Origin: Lingula anatina
Lineage: Eukaryota > Animalia > Brachiopoda
Length of the DNA stretch: 64,000 nt
Direction of reading: 5' to 3'
Assembly: GCA_051362555.1 (NCBI GenBank)
Contig: CM120640.1
Coordinates: 69,170,788-69,234,787 of the forward strand
In this document: positions 53,151-64,000 of the stretch, in pieces
Numbering within the stretch: position 1 is the stretch's first letter
Layout of the letters: the number at the start of each line of letters is the position of its first letter
The notes under the pieces: generated by a model
What the model was told of the DNA's origin: nothing
Seen by the model: only the letters and a program-made list of their open reading frames with translations
Database searches by the model: none
Position numbers and translations under genes: made by a program

Positions 53151-56100
53151 TTTAAGAGCAAGCTGTTGGTAAATCAATACGTAGCAAGACGTACATTCAT
53201 CTGAAGATTGTGTCAGCATAAAAATGGCCGACGTGAAGCAATGTCCAAAACCATTAATTGAAAAACGAGAAGTCGGCGATGCTATCAAATAAAAAAATAT
53301 GTAAAAATTGCTTATATGTTAAGGATTCCTATTCCGTCCATATTGTTCCTAAATTTTCTAGGTATCGGTACACTATATGCCATATGTGAACCGTGAACAA
53401 CATCCAGGGTGTCACGTCACTATATTAGTATTCTCCTTGCGAAGTCAATCTCTTTTACACTGATGGGTCATGCAAACGTCACCATCATGTTGCAGTCATC
53501 TTCTGAAATAACACGTATTCTGTCATTCCCTTTAAGTGGTATTATATTTCACTAGCAGAATCAGTATAATTGGCAACCCCTTTCTTTCTCGCATGCCAAG
53601 TTCGATCTTTACCAGTTTCTGTCTAGCTCCAGTTTGTTTGACACGTACGGTGACAGTGCAAAGGTTTGGTCACCTAAACTTATGACGCAAATACTAAAAA
53701 CAGATTTTACGAATATATAAAACCATCTTTCTTCTTCGCTGCAATTGGTGTTATAAGGCAAAGAAAAATGTTACCGCATTCAAAATACGTATAAAATTGA
53801 AAAATAATTTGTGATATGAAGACGACGTTTATCTGGATTAGTCTTAAATGTGTAAATATCACTTTTTCCCATTTAGACGCTGAGATATATAAATACCACT
53901 AACATATTTACACTTAATTGTACTTAATGAAAGTTGAATATAAATGCAAATATATAATCTAACTAAAATTCGCTATATCAAAATGTGTAAGTTTTTTATA
54001 ATTTCCAAAATACTGTTTCAACGATAAGTAGATTTCAACTGCTGATTGAGGAAACATCGTGTTTATTGCAGGTACATTCGACACTGCCACAATGCCTGCA
54101 CTGCCACGTAAGCGATCGTTACAGGCCACTTATCTTCGGTTCGAATATTTGCACTATATTGAATAATAATGCACAGTGCGTCTGTGGTATTAAATATCAG
54201 TGTTATATATGCACCATTACTTGGATTGTGGATAGGTGATAAATAATGAATAAACGCATTTATTACAATAAACACAAGTAGGAATTGCATCAAACATTTA
54301 GTCCCGAGTCGTGGCCATATTATAGATAAAAATTACCATTTTGTCAGAATTCTAAAACGGTTTATCATCTTAGCATTTTCCATGATATCTAAAATATAAG
54401 TCAACAAAGGAACTGAAATGAGTCCAAATCTCGTATAGTCTAAATATTGTTTAATGATTCAAATTGAACTTTCAAGCAATTTCCCATGATACCGTCTGCT
54501 TGTAAATTGACAAAATCCATTTTCACGCTCATGTTCCTACTCTTCTGCCTTGCGGTCTCATTGTATGGCATAGGCACGTTATAGATTCTGAGTTTGTGCC
54601 AATAAATAAATAAAGAATCAAAAGAAAAGACAATCTTCATTCAATTTGATATGTAGAAAGTATTAATCCTGCTTCGTTTTAATAACAGATCACTGCAATT
54701 TTAGAAATGAATGTTTTCAGTATAATAGAGCACATAAGATATAAACTCATTAATTCGCAAAATTCACAGTACAGTATCATCATACCTAAGTCACTTTGGC
54801 CCCGGAAAACTGTCCGAGTTACGCTAAAATTTCAGTTGGGCAATACTCATATTTATTTCAGCCGTTCTATAAAATGTGTTCAAGTTACACGATGATTCTA
54901 GTGAGATGGAATGAAACAAAAGTTGGTGTCAAGCATAACCATGCCGTCCTGGTATTCCATTATGTTTGATGTGATCTGCATGCAATCTTGTTGTCATTAA
55001 GAACAAAATCAAAATTCCATCTTTATAAGAGACAACCGCTGGAACGAAATTGAGTTAAAAAATCAGTGTAAACCAACTATCTTCCTTTTTGGTACGATGA
55101 AGGTCAGCGTATCGCTTGAAGAAAATTCACGGATTAGAATCAATAGGCAACATCATTTATTCATTTATTTTTGTACAAAACAAGTAACATCTACATCTTG
55201 ACCTAACAGTTCATATTGTAAAAGTTGAAATATGATTAGTAATACTAACACCTACCAGTATCAAAACTGGATGTAATTTCCTGGGGTAACGATTAACCTT
55301 TAAGACAATATATACTTACATAATTGACCATATTCTGTATTAGGATGTTTTATAATTTCTTGTTTTCAGTAGAAATTACCGCTTGTTTTATAATATCCTA
55401 ACTGGCAGTGTGGTATTTGTCCTCCCCCGCCTCATTATCGAACAAAAAGACAAAATGTACCAATTATACCCGACGATTTATCTTTGCATATATTAAACAA
55501 AAAAGGGAAAAAAGATTGAACCGATATCTGTTTTGTTGTACAAAATAGTTCTAAAGCAGTAACCAACATTAACATTTGCCGTCCAATATACTTTAAAACT
55601 ACTTCCATACACGGGGGGTAGAGCCATCGTTAATATCTGGATAAATCGATTGAAATTCAATTACTGGCATAGACCTAAAACAGCCTCGTTTTTTGACAAT
55701 TTCGGTTTTTTTCAGAGACAGTCCCTTGCTCGGTTCTCTTTAGGTTTAGGCTTACTCTTGTGTATCAAGTAAAGATGACTACCTGTCCAACTTCCGTCGC
55801 CGAGATTGTAAAGATACAGGCAGTCGCATTGTATTGACTTTCCAAACTAAGAGATATGCCACATGTAGAGCTAAGCATTTGAGCACTGTTCCCGTGGACA
55901 AGACAGACAAGATAGATTGGCGAGAAAATTAAATACTAATTGAATATCATGTTGAGACTGGTGATTTTCGTTCTACCACGTCTGTTTAATTGATGAGATG
56001 CGCTACCATGGAAATCAACAGTTTACTGGCTACGCTACGGATCGATCCAGCCTACAACTGCTCAGATAATCCCTCTTAGGGCAAGTGGCGCAGACTGAGG

Positions 56101-59100
56101 GGCTACTCTGGAATCTTCGCACAGAGATAAGGGAAGTTCAACAGTACTTAGACATTTGCAGTAAAGTAGACAAACGCTGGTACTCCATGTAATGTAATCT
56201 AATAACTCTTGCAGGGGTGCAGGAGACATATGAAGGTTTTATGCTGCAAGTTTGAAATTAACGTGAACCATTCGCACCATCTAGAGATCGGTGTACACAT
56301 CACCATGTGTTCATTGCCATTGTAATGTATGGTTTATAAGATTGTAGTTTCCGCGAACGTGCCTAGTGAAAGCAGTGCACCTTCCTTGAACTTATTTCAG
56401 TGTTAATAATACTTAAGCAACCTCTGCAGTCACACGTAAAACAGTTGACAACAGCACGTGATACCTGAACAAAGCTATTGCACACCAGATGTTTCTTATT
56501 ACCACCATCTTTCTTTAGTTTCATCGCGTCTCTCAAAGATCATTTGGCAATGTAGTAAAAAGCATAGCTTGTTTCTCTTTTCTTTCTTTTGGATTTTGAA
56601 TACCTTACTATATTATGTTAAAAAATGTCACCTATTATGTACTTTTAATAGAATTGTGGCATACTGACACTGAAACCTGTATGACAGTACTCAGATAGCC
56701 AGGGACAAAGGTGATTCAATTATATTTTGCCTCGGTTTTCTATATCTTACCTTAACTGTCCTTGAGTAGGCTACTTATCTTCTAGAAACTACTGTGCCAA
56801 TTATGTATCGGGTATTGGCTAACGGTATCCAGAGTGGTGTTACATACACTATATAAGCGTGTCTATTTGAACTTCGTGTACGCGTTCTCTGAGACATAGC
56901 GACAAGCGTGTTGCTTGATGCCGTCAATGTAAACATATACTCTTCGCAAGGTCCATCCTACATCGGCAATAACGGGATTGGCCATGACGCATTCTACCAC
57001 ACTCTAGGCCGGATCTATGATGTCATTTCATACAAACTGAACCAAAACTACGTCATTACTTACCCTGATTTTGTCGATGCCTGTTCGGCCGACATTTAGT
57101 TTTGTAGCCGATTTGTACCAGCCAGAGTGATTGATGACCGCCTGTCGGCTGGTGAGATGAGCACAACTGGTTAGTCGATAGGACAATTACATCAATCGGT
57201 ACTTACCTCCATTGCATCTACCAGTGTTGGCCCGCCGTCTACAATCTATATACAGTACATTCCATATTGCTTTAATGCCAACGCCATTATTGTCACACTT
57301 AGTGCTTTTCCATCTATGGCTGCTGCATGTATTAATATGATTAAATCGTTTATACCATCAGTTTTGTTAACTGATTATTTTCAAGTGAGTTAAGCATACA
57401 GAAAACATACAGTTATTTTTCTGCGATGGAACTTTTTCTGACAAGGCTCCAATTACCCTAACGCATAGAGCAGTGACCCGATCTTACTCTAATATAGGGC
57501 ATAAGAACGCATACTTATGTAGTGCTTACCACTTTTTAATTCAGTCCCCCGCAATTTGAAAACGTCCTACTCATTACGACGATAATCAGCCACCTAAATG
57601 AGTACTGATACATGTGGAAAACCTTTCAAAGTCAATGGCAGCTTCAGGTAACCGCAGGTGGCTGGATGATGGCTTACTGCGGTGTCATTCATTAAAGTGA
57701 TTCTCGCTTCAATCTGGAAATGATCATTATCAGATTACTGTTCAGCTCCCCGCCTACGCCATGGCTTCTGGTACGGTTTCCAATGATGTAAGTGTGAGGA
57801 CGGGGGTCGTCCTGAACGGTACACAACTTAGATTCCATCCGCCTTGTACTGACACCGTATGGTCTCCGAAACGATTGGGCCGTCTGTTGCACAGTTCTTG
57901 TGATGGTCTTTAGTGGCTTCGGTAGCTAAATACCCCACCGAATGCTTCCATTTAAAATCAATTATCTGTAGGCTGAGGCAGTCTCCACAAGATGTAACCC
58001 CGTCGGATTTATCGCATGCTCGCTCTATACTTGCTTAACATTCAATTCACTCTTTCCCCGATGAGACGACCTAGAAAATAGCTTACTATGTCTCTCAGGT
58101 AATGGCTTATATCATGATTCCTGCTTTTGCCGAGAACAAATCGATCAGAGTCGTCTGCAGAAATGCTTTTCATACATGTTCAGTTGTACAGCAGAGCGTC
58201 CGTTGAAACATCCCTTTCAGGCGACCATGGCCCATTTATATTAACCAACAGATCAAAACTCAAAGGTTCGGACTTGATTTTTGAAAGATTAAACAGTATA
58301 TGTTCTGATCATATATTTATACGTAGTACTGCCGGTTCTTTGTATGAATAATTACAAACTGAGCCACACGTTGGCCAAGAGGGACTTTTTTGGTGGCTTA
58401 AATTATGTAGAACAAACACTGCCGCCTTAGGGATCCAGCGAATATGCATTCGTCAATAGCCTAACGTGATTTATTTACAAACAGGCAAAAAAGAAAATGT
58501 TCAGTTAATGATAATGGATAGCCATCTTTGGTATTCACATTTCCTTTTCTTTTCATATTCGTTATTATTATTACTATTATTATTTGCTAAAATATTTCTA
58601 ATGTTTGGCACTTATATGTTCATATAAATGTAGTCACGCCATTTGGACTCAAATACAGCGAACCAGACAGGCAGACAAATATAACATAATTAACCATGCA
58701 AACCTTTGCAATATGAAGTAACTTAAAAAGTAACTTACTGTGTGCTAGTCTACATGTTATCTATTCAATATACAATCCCCGACCAGTCTATTTCATTCAG
58801 CTGGTGACACCCAGGACGCAATAAATCGGGCAGCATGTGCTTTAAAAACGCCAAACTTTTCATTTCACGAGACGACCAAGGTGACACATTAAACCAATGA
58901 TGGATTGCCCTTTACAAAACCACAAGATGATTAGGGAGCTTTCGAATCATCGGTATCAATATTTAATGAAAATAAAAATTCTCTGTATGTGGGGAAATTG
59001 CCATTGACGGGAAATTTAAAGCATGGAAAGGAGAAACAATACATTCTTAAATAGCGAGCAACCGTCTGGAGAGGCATTTTACGGAGTATCACTTTTTTAT

Positions 59101-62100
59101 CCTGATCCAATTAAGAATGCAGGGGATGGGTTGCAATTTCAACTGAATGATTTAAACCATTCATTGTACTCTGGCATTGGTTTTATCAGTAACTTGCGCT
59201 CCTTCATATTCCCGTGATAAACCAGTGATCCTGTGTGTTGGGCAACAAATAGATAACATGGCCTCTATACTTAATTATCTAACCTAATAACCTAGGGTGA
59301 CCAACGAGAGGAGAAAGATGAAACAGCTGCTTCTAGTCTGAAACCTACATACGCATTTGGTAAACTACAAAAAAAAAAATCTATCTATCTATCTGCTGAC
59401 AGCAGCAAATTTTCCATACGTAAAAACATACAGGCCTTTTTTTCATAATTTGCTTTTTTGTCACAAGTGTCATTTTGTTGCGTGAGCCTCGTGGCCAAGG
59501 CACTTTCCTATCTATAGGGGAAGATGCCGTGCGTTCTGTTGTGAAATGCCCATTAGCTTCAAGTTGCACCTGGCGTGTTCTTGCAGCATGCGCTCAATAG
59601 TAACTTGGGGAAAAAGGCAAAACAAATCGCTGCTTGTCGCTAGTATTCAACAAGACAGGTTCCCATTTTAATATATCGTGATCTTTTCCCTTTTCATCTT
59701 CTATCAAAAAACTGATTCTGCAGCGTAAGCTCTCAATTATTCTGTAACCAAATTAATTGCCTTGTAAATATTTCATACCGTAACTTAAGCACACCATAAG
59801 CGACGGAAGTGCCTATTGCTATGCGCGTGCGTATGCAGGTGTGCACGTGTGTTTGAACATTGCTATTATTGCCTTTGATATGGTACGTCCAGTGACATGA
59901 CGTATTACCGGTAAAGTGATCTGTCTCTGTCGATACGTGAACTGCGTCAATAAGATGCTATTTGGAAGAAGCGTGGGCACATACCCACAGCCGATTGGGA
60001 AGCCTTCAAGTACAGAGTAAAATATATTGACAAAATGGAAAATATACAAATCAATCATAAAGATAATTATATCCGTCTTAAAAGAAACCTTTTGAAGGAA
60101 CAAGCTTGTATTTGATTTCTTCTCTCGTCGCCTTCTGTTCTGTTATGTGGTTTTAAATGGTTGTATTTATAGAAATTCATTCCCAAATTTGTCACCCATA
60201 TTAGTGGAGCTAGATTTTCTGAGCGTGCGCCGTTCACATAGTCCACATAATAATGTTAAGAGGCGTGTGGAAGAAGCGACATGAATCCTCTTAATGAAAG
60301 CGGTTATTCTGGAGACATCACGTCACAGCGTATAAAATAAGACAATGCTTGGTGGATTGAAGTTAGCCTAACCGGAGATTGTGTTTTTCAAATGAAAATT
60401 GAATAAAGGAATCCTCAAACAAACATGGCAGATCGCGACTAACTTCAGACTTTGAGCAAACTGTATCGCAGCAGAGGAACAAACTCAATACACCATCAAG
60501 AAATTTACTTTAGACGTGAAATTAATCAAAAGATAAGATTATTTCAGAGACGTATTTGATTTATTGCATTAGTCACATACCAGACGGTGTCCTAACTCTC
60601 AGAAACAGGCAATGAATATGAATACAACTTGGTAGAATAAAAATAAATAATTAATACATCAACCTGCGTTGCTAATTGAAATTGAAAAAGCAGATTTATT
60701 TGTTTCACGTCGAAATAAAGAGAGTGACATGTAACGCAGATGGAAAAGCTTCCCGACTGGATACACCAACACAAGTGGCCATATCTTTGTATAGTACAGT
60801 GTTCATGACAGCGTAAGAGGAACAATGCACGCACAGCATAGAGTGTTTCACGCAATCTCTTGAGACTTACAACAATTACTGACTGCATATGCTCTCAGGA
60901 AACGCTGGATTAACAGTTCAAAGATTGTGCCGACTAGTCGTGGTTGGCTGTAAACTGACCTACATTGGGCGCGTTCTTCCGTTCCCCGCACAGTTTCTTT
61001 TCTTTGTTAACACTGCGGTATGGTTATTGAAACTGTAGTCGACACCAGTTACGTGCACAAAAACGAAGATATGTTTGTTTGTTTACTAAATATGTCAGTT
61101 TTGCGCGGTTTAAGTATATCTGAATGACATATTACTACACAAAGTTCACACGAGGAAATTTACCATAAGTATCGCGTTAGTTAGGTGGTTTGAACAATAC
61201 CAATAAGCCTCCGCGGCCATGTTTCATGACTACGTTTGAATATGATCTCTAATAATAAAACAAACTGAATCGGAATTACGTCAGGATTGTGCTTTTATGC
61301 TAACCCACGCTTGTGAAACAACAACATGGCCAAAACAGATGCTTTTGCCAAAGTCCTGCACGTTTGTCTCTGGATATCTGTGAATACTCCCACTTGATGG
61401 CTAGATGCATGACGTGCTGAACAGTGTCACAAAAATATCTGTATTGCACAGTTTTTGAAGACAGGAAAAAACCAATTAGATTACATGTTGATGGATTGCC
61501 CTCTACTTCAGCGTCTCATGTCCTTCGATAAATGCAGTAAATGCTCTTCTCATAAAAAAAGTTAAATATACATCATAATTCAACCTTGATCAAGTAATGC
61601 GTTCATCTTTCGACTTAAATATAAGGTAGATTAAGTTCTATATTCCCAAACGTTTCGTTAATATATTTTTACGAAACGTTATCCCTTGGTGTGCGCCCCT
61701 CTTTGTTATATTCTGTGGGTCTTGAGTTGATAGAAGCTGTATCCAGGTAGATATATAATAATATAAACAAAGAAATGCTGGTGGGTGGCATCCCCTTTAA
61801 AGGCGATTTCATTCCATTCTGTGCAACGATTTAAAAACTATGCAGATATAACCATTAATAGCATAATCAATACCATAGTTTCACACGAAGATATTGTAAG
61901 AGTATGGAATCATATTCAAATTTCTCAAAAATTCTGTCAAGTTTTGTTCTAAAATTTCTTTTATCTTAACAACAACAACCATGGTCATGAAGAGAATTTG
62001 ACGAAAAGTGAACAACTGAAGGGACAACTGGACATTGGAGTCGACTGGAACGCTTGAGTAACCGGGGACTTTTCTCATAGGGAACATTTAAGGTCACCGT

Positions 62101-62317
62101 CGGTACAGGTCGAGGCCTCCCCAGAGATATTAAATAAGGACAACTGCTGTATACTTTGAATCCCTGCGTAAGGTCTGCCCTGTCTTATCATGTTGCAATA
62201 TACGGTCCATGGCTTTGCTAAGTGCTTTAGCGTTGTATTCACTGTTAGCATTAATATTTCGTCTGCATCATCTTAGATCATATTAAGTCCATTTAATAAG
62301 AGAGTGCCAATTGTGGT

Positions 62318-62320
<3 letters not shown>

Positions 62321-62388
<68 letters not shown>
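62321..62388 (+). repeat. (AT)n microsatellite
   Basis: Directly visible. Confidence 0.97.
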
Positions 62389-62391
<3 letters not shown>

Positions 62392-64000
62392 ACGTATGAT
62401 GAATACTTGTCTGCATCACTATTAATACCTTGTACCAAGCTTGGGGTTGGTAATTCAGACAATTCTTTTGATGTGCACGCATTTAAATAATTCTTATACT
62501 AACTGTGCATACAAATGCATCAAACACTAATGTAAGTGCGTCGCGATAGAAAAATGTGGTTTAGCATTAAACCGTTATTATCAAAAAGCATCTCCAAGAA
62601 GAGCTTTTCACCACTCAGCGCCATTTTAATAGTATAGCACGCTTCCGCTCATACTAAATCAAGTGTCTGCCCGTATTTGGTCGGGTTTTTTTCCTATTGT
62701 TGATCTGTAGATCGTTAATGGCAAAAGGCATGCATGGGCGCCACGCTGCATAAAAGTGGTTTGAGGATTTGTGCTATTGTCTTGCAACCGCAAGTAAAAT
62801 AAATAGGCAAATGAAAGCTGAAGCCTTCGCGAAAATAATGGACAAGAGCAAGCAGCAGACAAGTATTCTCAGCAACATGATCACACGTATACAACAACCT
62901 CGTCAGCTTTATCAGGTCCGATCATGCCAAGAACATAAATACCTTATATACTCATCAAAGAAAAAAAGATGATCCTTTTAGACGGTTCAAGTGACAAGAA
63001 CATCAAATCTTACGTGAATAAAGGCGATAACACTAATGCCGGTGATAAGCGAATCTATATTTTGAAGGGGCTGCAGACTACGGACAACGGCAGATTTCAA
63101 TAGACTGTTTAGAGTGACCATCAAACGTATCAACATCTGAATAGTATTTGGGACCATTTGGAGTTCGATTTATCCCATTTTACCACATAACGTGAGTCAC
63201 TTTTGGGCCCTTTGATTTGCGTTACAAGCTCGGGATCCCCAAAAACATATAACGCAGCTCAGTAGGCTGTGGCAAATCTAAAAAAGAACTTCTGCATTAA
63301 AATGGTAAATGGCACCTAAGTGGAACAACGCGCTTCACTTCTCCTCGTCACGATTCTCGATACCACCACAAACCTAGGGGCGACATAGGTTACAAACGCC
63401 TCGACAAGCCGTCTTGGTGTGGGTTTCTTACCTCTAATTGCAATAGAAAGAGACACAGATTTCGTGACTTGTTTCCTCTTTCAAGAATTTCAACTATAAA
63501 GTACAAGTGCTCACCGTGACTATAAACTATACAGTTTTCACCGGACGTTTGAGTAACACGTCCGTTCACATTTAATATGTTTTGAAAGCATATGGAGGTG
63601 GTTCTGGGTTGGTCCCATAATACTGTCCGTTGAAGCAGTTTTAAGATAACAAACCTTCCCGAAAACCTACCTCATTATTTTAAACCAAAACTGGTCTTCA
63701 TTTTACCAAAAGCTTGGTACTCGATACCCTTTACATGAGATGTGTAACCGTGCAGATATGGATGACCCTACTCAATAGTGCCTAACAACATACCTGCCAT
63801 ACAAACGCAAGGTCCCAATCTCTTCACAACAACTTGTGTGCCCTTGTTCTGCCGCATATGGATCTAAACATATCGGTGAAACGCTTGGTGCTCCATACGA
63901 TCGATGCTCGAATGCCCGTGATTACTGTTCGCCACATTTGAGGCAAATAGAGGACGGTTGCGTGGTAAAAGTCATACAAAACATAGCACGCATATAAATT

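Noticed and set aside
1-64000. Most ORF-track entries (60-150 aa), including those with HTHT, ERER, IYIY, FFFF or GGGG runs
   Set aside because: They are chance frames in introns, antisense shadows of real exons or translated microsatellites, with no splice or homology support.
62769-64000. Possible retrotransposon gag remnant (LYFEGAADY-like)
   Set aside because: A single short motif is too weak without a search.
1-64000. CRISPR array, rRNA, tRNA or prokaryotic operon-type system
   Set aside because: No regularly spaced repeat-spacer array or structural RNA signature was seen, and the DNA is spliceosomal-intron-containing animal sequence.

Overview
AT-rich, intron-containing animal DNA, most likely from a lophotrochozoan invertebrate such as a mollusc (inferred from the tyrosinase type and a HINE element). 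I reconstructed four spliced genes by hand from GT-AG sites and intron phases, most of them poorly shown by the ORF track. (1) 1862-24893 (+): the 3' part of an Ssdp/SSBP2-3-4 orthologue, with 12 exons plus a probable cassette exon, a 13.8-kb intron and a roughly 2.4-kb 3'UTR. (2) 29052-36406 (-): a 249-aa GPI-anchored protein with a mucin region and a Ly6/uPAR (three-finger) domain, whose frame depends on an 8-nt microexon. (3) 37566-40002 (+): a 462-aa secreted tyrosinase, head-to-head with gene 2. Its single intron contains an intact antisense duplicate of gene 2's start/signal-peptide exon. (4) 43413-44990 (-): a roughly 137-aa single-pass membrane protein with cytoplasmic YxxL/YxxM motifs, resembling a transmembrane adaptor. 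The rest is microsatellites, a HINE/Helentron-type element, three Tc1/mariner fossils and weaker Gypsy-like and Polinton-like debris. CpG depletion ends near the Ssdp 3' end. All homology calls are from motif recognition by eye, with no database searches.
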